DNA from: Deltaproteobacteria bacterium UBA5205
GTDB taxonomy: Bacteria > Desulfobacterota > Syntrophorhabdia > Syntrophorhabdales > Syntrophorhabdaceae
Length of the DNA stretch: 64,000 bases
Direction: 5' to 3'
Assembly: GCA_002412715.1 (NCBI GenBank)
Contig: DHVP01000004.1
Span: 8,707-72,706 of the forward strand
Below, piece after piece: positions 18,515-26,885 of this stretch (the first letter of the stretch is position 1; each line of letters opens with the position of its first letter). The notes beneath the pieces are model-generated. The model was not told the origin of the DNA and did not search any database. It was given only the letters and a program-made list of their open reading frames with translations. The translations under genes and the position numbers were made by a program.

Positions 18515-19348
18515 CTACCTCATGACGGACCTGCCGGCCGTTTTCTGAAGCATCGAAACCTCTTCGATAACGAGTACAGTCTCGACGCGGTATGATCCCG
18601 GCTGATTCACGAGGGCGTGGATACGGTCGGTGTTGGGTACGAAAGTTGTTGCCTTCCGGACGGTGAGTTCGCGCTCTATCATATCCGATTTGCCTTCGGC
18701 GTTGACGATAAAAGCGATCTTGTACCGGCCTTCAGGTACGTCCTTGGGGATATCGAAGTTGCCGTCGGCGGTCCTGGTACCCGGAGCAGCGGTAACCTGC
18801 TGATCTACCTGTCCCAGATCCACGAATTCATTCTTGGACGGATCGAAGTACTTGACGATACGGGTCTCCGTCACCTTTATTTCAGTGCGATCGGGTGGCG
18901 CCATCACATAGTAGGAGCCGTTCAGCTTCACGGAACCGCCCTGGCCGACCGATGCCGGACTCACGTTAAAGCTCTGGATCTTTACAACTTCTCCCTGGGA
19001 CTGGTTGTAGCCAACCTTCCGGGCTGTTTCCTGATACCCCGCGGCAGGCTGACTCTTCAGTGTCGAATACAGCGAAAGGCATTTGCCCCAGGCGTAAGCG
19101 AACCCTATACCGCCCCCGATTGCGGCGCCGATACCGGCCCCCTTCCAATCTCCACCGATTAGTCCACCGATAAGGGCACCGCCGAGGGCTCCTCCAACGG
19201 TATGGAGGGCTATACATTGATTTCTCGCTCTGATGCGGTCTTCTTCGGTCTTTATGTCATCGGGGTTGGGCAGCATTGAAGCACAGGAGTAGAGAAAAAA
19301 CACCCCGATGAGTGCAATCGCGTATAGTCTTACCCGGTTTTTCTTCAT
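18515..19348 (-). CDS. Glycine-zipper lipoprotein, function unknown
   Basis: Lipobox FFLYSCAS and glycine zipper GGALGGALIGGLIGGDWKGAGIGAAIGGGIG, followed by a beta-rich C-terminal domain. Separated from the caspase start by 2 nt. Confidence 0.7.
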   Translation of the reverse strand: MKKNRVRLYAIALIGVFFLYSCASMLPNPDDIKTEEDRIRARNQCIALHTVGGALGGALIGGLIGGDWKGAGIGAAIGGGIGFAYAWGKCLSLYSTLKSQPAAGYQETARKVGYNQSQGEVVKIQSFNVSPASVGQGGSVKLNGSYYVMAPPDRTEIKVTETRIVKYFDPSKNEFVDLGQVDQQVTAAPGTRTADGNFDIPKDVPEGRYKIAFIVNAEGKSDMIERELTVRKATTFVPNTDRIHALVNQPGSYRVETVLVIEEVSMLQKTAGRSVMR

Positions 19349-19363
19349 GTCTTTAGTCTCTCC

Positions 19364-20227
19364 TTATCTGTGGTTCAACTTGATTTCGAGGGTGAGGATC
19401 TTGCCGTCCTCTATGTAGGATGCAGGCACAACGCCGAAATTTTCGCCCCCACGGGATTCAAGAACGATGTCTTTTTTGCCCTTGGGCTCAGGTTTCCAGC
19501 CGTTTTTCGGCGAGATAACCGAGTAGCTCGTTCTGTTCGAATCTTCAAGCGTGATGTCCTTGCCGCCTGCCAGAGATGCCGTCATGACTCCGGGGGGAGG
19601 GGGCGGCGGGATGTTTGCCACGTCTGCCTGTCCGGGAGGCGGCGGGGGAGGAAGTGCTGCACTTGCGTCGGCCACAGGAGGCGCTGACGGTGCCTGTGCC
19701 ATGGTCTGGCCACCCTGCACGGGCGCTCCCATGGGGTTCGGGCTTCCCGAGAGCATAACAAGGAGCTTTTCCGTGCCGGGGGCTCCGGAGAACCTGAAAT
19801 TCCCGGCCTTGGGGATCTCTACCATGCTGCCCGGCTCTGCCTGTTCGCTGTAAAGAACTGTAGTATTACCCGAGGTCCCTATGTTCATTATCGTAAGATA
19901 ACCAGGTTTGTTGGTCCTGACGAGAAGTTTCAGCCGTTCGCCGGAACGGAATGTCCTGGACCGGGGAACGATATCGAACCTGCCGTCGTCGCGAAGAAGA
20001 ACAAGTTTGTAGGAGATGCCGACATACTTTTCCTTTGCCGGAGCCGCCGCCGTCTGGGTGGCAGGTTTTACCGACCCCGAGCCTGAAGACATCCGAACCG
20101 CGGGGCCTTCGCCGCTGTCAAAGATGGCTTTTGCTCCTGTCGGCGCTTTTGTCTGGGCCTGGGCGCCGGAACATACGACAAGGATTGTTACAAGAACAAC
20201 GATCAAGATTGAAGGCAATGATTTCAT
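19364..20227 (-). CDS. Secreted DUF4384-like domain protein with proline-rich linker
   Basis: Signal peptide ending CSGAQAQ. DUF4384-like FRSGERLKLLVRTNKPGYLTIMNIGTSGNTTVLYS (recognised from memory of the family). Two PPPPPP tracts. First gene of the operon. Confidence 0.65.
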   Translation of the reverse strand: MKSLPSILIVVLVTILVVCSGAQAQTKAPTGAKAIFDSGEGPAVRMSSGSGSVKPATQTAAAPAKEKYVGISYKLVLLRDDGRFDIVPRSRTFRSGERLKLLVRTNKPGYLTIMNIGTSGNTTVLYSEQAEPGSMVEIPKAGNFRFSGAPGTEKLLVMLSGSPNPMGAPVQGGQTMAQAPSAPPVADASAALPPPPPPGQADVANIPPPPPPGVMTASLAGGKDITLEDSNRTSYSVISPKNGWKPEPKGKKDIVLESRGGENFGVVPASYIEDGKILTLEIKLNHR

Positions 20228-20333
20228 CTGAACCTCCGTCTAAATTAAGGTGTTTATGTCCTAAGACATTTATTCAGTATATCGGTTTAGCACTGATAGA
20301 TCTCGGCAGGGTGGAGATCATGGTGTACCACGT

Positions 20334-20363
20334 AGTATAACTACAACCCCGAAATTTTGTCAA
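20334..20363 (-). promoter_or_regulatory. Candidate sigma70-type promoter for the caspase operon
   Basis: On the minus strand: TTGACA (20363-20358), an 18-nt spacer, then TATACT (20339-20334). This gives a leader of about 100 nt to the start at 20227. Confidence 0.4.
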
Positions 20364-20420
20364 TCGAAGAAGGGTTTCCAGTGCAAATTTGAGGATATGT
20401 AAAACTGCCACATATTAATG

Positions 20421-20450
20421 TTGACAATCCATGCGTCTCACCGATATATT
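20421..20450 (+). promoter_or_regulatory. Candidate sigma70-type promoter for the 2057-aa protein gene
   Basis: TTGACA (20421-20426), an 18-nt spacer, then TATATT (20445-20450). The leader contains an AAAGGCAAA...TTTGCCTTT hairpin (20457-20499). Confidence 0.4.
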
Positions 20451-20568
20451 GCGTGAAAGGCAAAGGGTACGTTCTAAGAGTATCCGTCGTTTTGCCTTTC
20501 GGCAGATTGAGCCGCCACGGATTTAATACGAACCTCACATATCACGGACGTTCAGGAAGGGAGATCGC

Positions 20569-23500
20569 ATGCGCATTCCAGGATCGTTGAGAACGAAATT
20601 TTCAGCGTCAATTCTTTGTCTTTTTCTTCTTTTACCAGCCTTGCTTTTCGCCGTATCCGTTCCGCCGCAAACGCTTGTCAGCAATGCGATGGATGGCGTT
20701 CTCCTGGACATGGGCAATCCCTTTCTCAAGGTCATCAAACAGGGATCATGGATATCGGGTGAGAAGTACCGCAACCCCCTGACGAATCTCCTCGATCCTT
20801 CCGACCACGACGCACGGTTGTTCATTTCGCTCGACGATGTGCCGCCCGAGCGGGCCCGGGAGGTTTGGAAGGCCTACCAGGGACGCCTCAGGAAGAAGAT
20901 ATTCGCGATGGCGCAGAACGCGGGGTACAGCACGGATGAGATACAATTACTCCTCAAATCGGTCAACTTCTATCCCCCCTCACAACTCCTGAAGGGAATA
21001 GGGCAGAATGAAGAGGCGATCGCCAAATTCCTGAAGATGGGCAACTACCCCAACCTCCTGGAAGTTGGTGAAGAGGCGGCGGAGGGGCTCTATACGACGC
21101 CCACGAAGTTCATCCGCCAGGGCTACGAGACAGGGGCACGAGTCCAGGTCGCAGAGCTTGCCGCCGACGAGGGATCGGACGCATATCGCATTGTACACAA
21201 GGCGACCGCCGAGGCGGAGCACGCGGCGGAGGTAGTCGGTGAGGCCAACCTCAAAGGATATGTGCAATCCGCGGAGTACTCTCTGAACGAGGCGCAGAAG
21301 GCGTTAAACGAGGGCAAGCTCGATACCGCGAAGAAGAACCTTCAGCGGGCGAAGGACCGCATGAAAAGCGCCCGGAAACTTGGCGGGGTCAGCGCCGAGG
21401 GCGGTGCCGTAAAGGAACTCGACGCACTGGAGAGCCAGGTCGATGATGCCATCAAGCTTGCCTTTGAATCAGCGGACGATGCGAAGGCAATGCTTGGCAA
21501 GACGAAGCAGCTGGCAAACAAGCTTGGCGGTGAGGTCATGAAAAAGACCAGCGTCGACCTTGCTGCCCTGGAGGCGATGGGGCTCAAGAATTCGGTGAAG
21601 CAACGCGCATTCCTCAAAGGAGTTCTGGAGGGGGAGGGCAAGTGGGCGACGCTCAGGGTGAATCTTGAAGAGGCATCGGGCAGCGCGCTGACGACCCTGC
21701 GAAGCGGTGCCAGGCTGGCCTATAAAAACTGGTTCATGTCGCTTATCGCCCTGTGGGAGCTCAAGGAGTTCCCGGCAGCAATTGAAAAGGAGGGCGTAGC
21801 CAAAGCGAGCGCCCGGCTGGCGGCGACCGTCGCAGGCCTTATAAACCCGACCTTCGGTTATGCCCAGCTTTTCAGCGTGATCTTCATGACCACCGGGGAA
21901 CTTCTCGTGGACTGGATCAGCTCCTACGGCTACGTCGCCGTTGTGGGCAGACAGGACTGCATGGACCTCATCGCCGGTATCTACACGGTCCCCGGAAGGG
22001 AACAGAACATCGAAGGGAAAGAATGTGAGCAGATCCAGAGTGACGGGCAACTCGCGTGCCGGATCTACGATTCGAAGGGACTCAGGAGAGATCTGGCGGC
22101 GGGACGGAAGTTCAACCAGGAACTGATACCGCCTTTCATGATCTCCCTTCTGAACTGCCATGCGAAGGCGGCATCGAAACACTACGACGACTACGAATCC
22201 ATGCACGATGAGGGTGTTCAGCAGGCCCTGGTCAACAAGTGCCTCCAGCCGGTCCTGAAGACCTGGCTCGACAGCCGCCAGCTTGTTGTCAACGAGGTAG
22301 ACGCGCTGCGTCAGGGCATGGAGGAGCAGTCCGTGAGGGTCATGGCCGCTCCCTCCCGTTTGAAGGAGAAGGGTACGGTGAGGCTCTCCGCGGACGATTC
22401 ATCGAGCATTGCGGGGATCGAGAGGGACATCGAGGAGAAGGCAAAGTGCCTTGGCGGGGTCCATGCAAAACCCCGTTCGGGCCGCGACTATATATGGACG
22501 GTGAACGGCAGGGAGTTCAGGAAGGATTACAACAGGAACACCGCCGAGCTTTCCCTCGATACGCCCGGCAGCTACGAGGTGTGTGCCGCCGTTCACTATA
22601 CGTGGCGCATCGACGGTCTCCCCATCGTTTCACTGGAGGACGGGCTCTCGGGCAAGGGGGTCAGGACAGGGTGTGTGACGGTGGTCGTTGAGCTGCCGCC
22701 CGATGAGAAGAAGCCTGAGGATGCGAAGAAACCCGAGACCCCACCACCCGCCGACCCTCTCACCAGTGTGAAGAAAGAGCCTCCAGTGGACGTAAAAAAG
22801 GCGCCGCCGACATGCTCCTACGAATATTCCGCCTGGGGCGAATGCGGCCGGGAGACGAAGAAACAGACGCGAACGGTGACGGCGAAGAAGCCCGAAGGCT
22901 GCGTGGAAAAGAGCAAGCCATCGCTCGAACAGGGGTGTACTCCGCCTCCGACGAAAAGTGAACTGGATTCCCGGTATTACAACTGCCTTTGCCGCTGTTA
23001 CTCCGGCTGGGCGGGACACATCGGCGTATGGTGGGACCCTGAAGGGAAGTCCATACCGGAGGCCCCGAGCAGCGGTCCCTGTTTCGGCGGGGCTGGAGCC
23101 TTCGGTGCTACGAGAAGGCATGGCTTCGGGCCTCCCAACGATTGCGCCAAAGGATGCTGGGAAGGCGCCTACGGTAAGGGGACCTGGGACCAGAAGAAAG
23201 CCGATGAAATGAGAAGGGAAGAGAACAAGAAGCACAAGAAACCTCTCAAGGTAAAGCTCAACGCATCGAAGAACCCTGCTGATTTTGGCGATATCGTGAT
23301 CCTTACCGCGGAGGCGATCGACGGGACCGCAGGATACAAATATACGTGGGGCGGCTGTGCGCAGGACGCGAAGGACAACAAGGCGAAGGTACTCAACAGC
23401 ATGCAATGCAAGCCCTGCACGGCATCCGTTACCGTAACGGACCAGGATGATGAAAGCGCTTCCGCCTCCGTCACGATCCAGTGTACCGCTCTTAAGGTGA

Positions 23501-26500
23501 AGCTCACCAAGGAGAGCCCGAAGGAAGACGCTATCCCCATCGGCGGCAAGGCCACGTTCCGAGCCGAGGTTTTCTCCGGCGACAAGCCGGCGAGCGGTTC
23601 ATTCACCTACCTCTGGGAGCGGAACCCCGACGTGCTGTTCGGCGACCCAAAGAACCCGAAATATGAGACCACAGGGGGTTCCACGGCGCGGAACTCCGCT
23701 TCTTTCGGAAAGCCGGCAGCGACTCCGGTGTGGGTCGTGGTGCTGCGCGAGGTCGAAGGGCGCAAGATGACCGTCGGCGAGTCGGAGAGGATCATGATCC
23801 AGGTGGTCAAGCCCAAACTGAGCCTCAAGGCCGAGCCACAGGACCCGCTTGTCGGCCAGCAAGTGAAGATCACCCTCACCGAGGAACCGAAACTGGATGA
23901 TCAGACGGTCTCCTATTGGTGGGAGATAGCGGGCAACACGCAAAACTCAGGACCCGAGAGGGACCAGCGCATTTACACATACAAACCGAAAGATGACAAG
24001 CCCGTGACGGTCACCGTTCACGCGAAGGCGAAGGATGGTGGAGAGGAGATCGGCGTCGAGAAGATCACCATCTCCGCGAAGAAACCGACTGTTACCGTGA
24101 CGGGCCCGAAGATAGCCGGGCCGCCCCCCATGATCTGGAAGGAAGGCGTCGGGCTCGTGCCGGCGGACCGCCAGATAGCCGAACATCAGCGCGTGGAGTT
24201 TTCTGTCGCGGTGACCCCTGCTGGCGCCCAGCAGTTGCGCTACCAGTGGACAGTTGCACCCGAGGGGTGCAGCATCTCCGCCCCCTCTTCAAAGGAAACG
24301 GGTGTGACGTGCAGCAAGACCGGTGCCTATACGATGACCTGTGCGGTGAAGAGCGCCGAGGGCGCCGACCTCGGCAGCGGCACGGGATCGTTGAGCGTCA
24401 CCATATCCCAGTCCGATATGTCGGGGGCCAAGAAGAAGGATGAGGCGAAAAAGAAGCTCGATTCAGCGAAACAGCTCTGGTCCCAGAAGAAATACGACGA
24501 AGCGATTGCTGCGGCCGAGGCAGCGGCGCAGGTCGATCCCAAGCTTGCCGCGCCCGTCCTTAACCAATTCTCCCAGGAACTGAAGAAGATGGGTTGGGAC
24601 GCCCTGAACAAGGCTGACCACACGGAAGCAATAAAACGTCTTGAGCAGGCAGTGAAGTTGAACCCCGCCGATGCCGACGCAAAGAAGAAGCTGGAGGAGG
24701 CGAAGAAGTATGCCGCAGTGTGGCCGCGCGTCGAGGCAAAGGCAAAGGAATTCGACGCCTTTATCGCCCAGAAGAAGGTATGGTCGGCGCAGAAGGCAAT
24801 GCTCGAGATGCAGGACATACTGCGCGGCCAATCCGGCGGCCAGTCGTCGACGAATCCCCTCTGGACCAGGGTGATGGCGGATTTCAACAAGGGGGTTGCC
24901 TGGTACAACGATTTTTCTCAGAAGAGCAACGCCGAGTGGACCAGACTTTTCAAGGCTGAGGACTGGGAAAAGGCCGAAGCGCATATCAAGCAAGTCATGA
25001 CACAGGAGCTTTCTCCTGCCGACCAGAAACATTATGCATCCGCCCTCCAGACGACGCAGACGATGCTCGGGATGAAAAAAGAATCGATGCAGTACTACGA
25101 GACTGCAAAGGCCAATTTCGTGAAAGGCCAGCCCGCCGACGCCAACGGACTTGCCGCCGTCGCGAAGGAACTCAGGAACAAGGCGGCACGATTCAAGGAA
25201 GGCGACGCCCGGCGCACGCAGATCACGGAGCTTGCGGCGGCGATGGAGAAGAAGCAGAAGGGTGTCAACGCAAAGGCATACGCACAGAGCTTCTTCAACA
25301 ACGGCGATCAGTATTACCGTTCGAACAATTTCGAGCCTGCCGTGAAGCAATATGACGAGGGGCTTAAAGCCATCAGGGAAAACGGAGACGTGAAGGATCC
25401 GGACTACGCAAAGTATATGAAGCTCCGGGAAGACGCTGCTCAAAAGGACAAGCGTTTCAAGGAGCTTTACGCATACGCCGCAGGGCTTGCCGCAACCACG
25501 AAGCCCCTTGACGAAGAAACCATTAAGAAGGGCATAGCCTCGGCCGAAGAGGGGCTCAAGATCCGTCCTCGCAACGGCGATATGGAGATCCACTGGAACA
25601 AGCTGAAGTGGAAGCTCGGCGAGCTGAAGAACGCCATTGCAAAGAAACAGGATGAGCAGCGTAAGTGCGAGGCGAAGTGGATCGAGGGCCAGGCGCTTTA
25701 TAATGCCGGGAAACACCCCGAGGCCCTGGCGAAGTTCAAGGAGAACATGGCCTGCGCACCGGGGAACAAGGAACGCGAGACGTATATCCGGCAGCTCGAG
25801 GATGCTCTCAGGAAACAGGTGGCCGCCAAACAGGCATGTCTTGCGCTAAGACAGCAAGGCGACGCCTTCGTGCAGCAGAAACAATATGCCGCGGCGGTGA
25901 CAAAATACCGGGAGAGTTTGAAATGCCAGCCCGACCCGAAGCTGGAGGCCTATATACGCCAGCTCGAAGGCGAGATGAAAAAGCAGGCCGATGCCCAGGC
26001 AAACGCAGCGCGAGCTACTCAATTGCGCGCTGAAGGCACCCAGCTGCAGAATCAGAAACGCTATGCCGACGCCATCGCGAAATACCGGGAAAGCCTGCGT
26101 TATCTCCCGGACAAGGCGTTGGAACAGCACATCGTTCAACTGGAAGGGCAGCTCAAGAAAATGAATGACCAGCAGGCAGTACAGACCCGCGCGAAAGCGC
26201 TGCGTGATGAAGGCGCGTCGCTTCAGAAGCAGAACAAAGTCCGCGACGCCATCGCCAAATACCGGGAGAGCCTGAGGTATGTGTCCGACCCGCAACTGGA
26301 GGCCCACATCGTCAAACTCGAGTCAAGTCTGAAATCGACTCCGGCCGCCCCGACATCGAGCCCGACAACAGCCGCGACGGGAAGCCAGGCGTCGGCTGCA
26401 GCTGGTTCCTGGGCAGGCACCTGGAAGAGCGTGGCCGGTCCCGAGGGTGAGACGATCAACTTTGTACTTACTTCGAGCGGTAACCGCATTAACGGCACCT

Positions 26501-26742
26501 TTTCCGTTGCCGTCCCTTACAAAACTTCCTCGGGTGCACGCAAGACGGAGACGCTTGGCGGCCCCCTGGAGGGAACCGTGTCGGGCAACAGGGCGAAAGG
26601 CACCTTTCGCGAATCCAGTGACGCAAAACACGCAGGGACCTTTGATTTTATCATGGCATCCGGCGGCAACCAGTTCAGCTGTACCGTACGGGCCACCGAT
26701 GGTGGAGACAGCAGGTCCTATACGGTGCGACGGACGAAGTGA
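20569..26742 (+). CDS. Giant secreted multidomain protein (2057 aa): unknown N-terminal region, Cys-rich module, PKD/Ig-like repeats, TPR-like modules, C-terminal beta domain
   Basis: RBS GGAAGGGAG and signal peptide ILCLFLLLPALLFA. Four Ig-like units carry a Y-x-W signature (YKYTWGG, FTYLWERN, VSYWWEIAG, LRYQWTVAP). The C-terminal half has many TPR-like helices. Confidence 0.85.
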   Translation: MRIPGSLRTKFSASILCLFLLLPALLFAVSVPPQTLVSNAMDGVLLDMGNPFLKVIKQGSWISGEKYRNPLTNLLDPSDHDARLFISLDDVPPERAREVWKAYQGRLRKKIFAMAQNAGYSTDEIQLLLKSVNFYPPSQLLKGIGQNEEAIAKFLKMGNYPNLLEVGEEAAEGLYTTPTKFIRQGYETGARVQVAELAADEGSDAYRIVHKATAEAEHAAEVVGEANLKGYVQSAEYSLNEAQKALNEGKLDTAKKNLQRAKDRMKSARKLGGVSAEGGAVKELDALESQVDDAIKLAFESADDAKAMLGKTKQLANKLGGEVMKKTSVDLAALEAMGLKNSVKQRAFLKGVLEGEGKWATLRVNLEEASGSALTTLRSGARLAYKNWFMSLIALWELKEFPAAIEKEGVAKASARLAATVAGLINPTFGYAQLFSVIFMTTGELLVDWISSYGYVAVVGRQDCMDLIAGIYTVPGREQNIEGKECEQIQSDGQLACRIYDSKGLRRDLAAGRKFNQELIPPFMISLLNCHAKAASKHYDDYESMHDEGVQQALVNKCLQPVLKTWLDSRQLVVNEVDALRQGMEEQSVRVMAAPSRLKEKGTVRLSADDSSSIAGIERDIEEKAKCLGGVHAKPRSGRDYIWTVNGREFRKDYNRNTAELSLDTPGSYEVCAAVHYTWRIDGLPIVSLEDGLSGKGVRTGCVTVVVELPPDEKKPEDAKKPETPPPADPLTSVKKEPPVDVKKAPPTCSYEYSAWGECGRETKKQTRTVTAKKPEGCVEKSKPSLEQGCTPPPTKSELDSRYYNCLCRCYSGWAGHIGVWWDPEGKSIPEAPSSGPCFGGAGAFGATRRHGFGPPNDCAKGCWEGAYGKGTWDQKKADEMRREENKKHKKPLKVKLNASKNPADFGDIVILTAEAIDGTAGYKYTWGGCAQDAKDNKAKVLNSMQCKPCTASVTVTDQDDESASASVTIQCTALKVKLTKESPKEDAIPIGGKATFRAEVFSGDKPASGSFTYLWERNPDVLFGDPKNPKYETTGGSTARNSASFGKPAATPVWVVVLREVEGRKMTVGESERIMIQVVKPKLSLKAEPQDPLVGQQVKITLTEEPKLDDQTVSYWWEIAGNTQNSGPERDQRIYTYKPKDDKPVTVTVHAKAKDGGEEIGVEKITISAKKPTVTVTGPKIAGPPPMIWKEGVGLVPADRQIAEHQRVEFSVAVTPAGAQQLRYQWTVAPEGCSISAPSSKETGVTCSKTGAYTMTCAVKSAEGADLGSGTGSLSVTISQSDMSGAKKKDEAKKKLDSAKQLWSQKKYDEAIAAAEAAAQVDPKLAAPVLNQFSQELKKMGWDALNKADHTEAIKRLEQAVKLNPADADAKKKLEEAKKYAAVWPRVEAKAKEFDAFIAQKKVWSAQKAMLEMQDILRGQSGGQSSTNPLWTRVMADFNKGVAWYNDFSQKSNAEWTRLFKAEDWEKAEAHIKQVMTQELSPADQKHYASALQTTQTMLGMKKESMQYYETAKANFVKGQPADANGLAAVAKELRNKAARFKEGDARRTQITELAAAMEKKQKGVNAKAYAQSFFNNGDQYYRSNNFEPAVKQYDEGLKAIRENGDVKDPDYAKYMKLREDAAQKDKRFKELYAYAAGLAATTKPLDEETIKKGIASAEEGLKIRPRNGDMEIHWNKLKWKLGELKNAIAKKQDEQRKCEAKWIEGQALYNAGKHPEALAKFKENMACAPGNKERETYIRQLEDALRKQVAAKQACLALRQQGDAFVQQKQYAAAVTKYRESLKCQPDPKLEAYIRQLEGEMKKQADAQANAARATQLRAEGTQLQNQKRYADAIAKYRESLRYLPDKALEQHIVQLEGQLKKMNDQQAVQTRAKALRDEGASLQKQNKVRDAIAKYRESLRYVSDPQLEAHIVKLESSLKSTPAAPTSSPTTAATGSQASAAAGSWAGTWKSVAGPEGETINFVLTSSGNRINGTFSVAVPYKTSSGARKTETLGGPLEGTVSGNRAKGTFRESSDAKHAGTFDFIMASGGNQFSCTVRATDGGDSRSYTVRRTK
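25663..26334 (+). repeat. Four tandem ~56-aa TPR-like modules inside the giant gene
   Basis: Repeating unit ..A..YRESL(K/R)(C/Y).PD..LE..I.QLE..LKK. The similarity is visible at DNA level (aaataccgggagag... occurs three times). Confidence 0.75.
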
Positions 26743-26885
26743 CGGGAACAGCGGCGGGCGAATTATTCCGGATGCGCAAGCAGGGAAGTTATGCACAGGA
26801 AAGACCGGCCGATAACATCAAGACCAGGGAATGATGCCGGGAATTTCCGGTCACCCCGGTATGTTAAATCATGAGGAGGCCCCCG

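Noticed and set aside
20731-20838. Pol-beta nucleotidyltransferase-like pattern near the giant protein N-terminus (QGSWISGEK...PSDHDARLFISLDD)
   Set aside because: The G-S to D-x-D spacing is 18 residues, longer than the 9-13 I recall for the canonical motif. The protein is predicted to be secreted, and I cannot verify the fold without a profile or structure search. It is too weak to claim.
24463-25716. 417-aa minus-strand ORF, with similar ones at 21469-22206, 22630-23406 and 25846-26307, all inside the giant gene
   Set aside because: These are antisense shadow ORFs. The sense frame is rich in GAA/AAG/GCC codons whose complements rarely form stops. The translations are low-complexity (L/R/F/G-rich) with no motifs, while the plus-strand frame is continuous, has an RBS and signal peptide, and shows domain structure.
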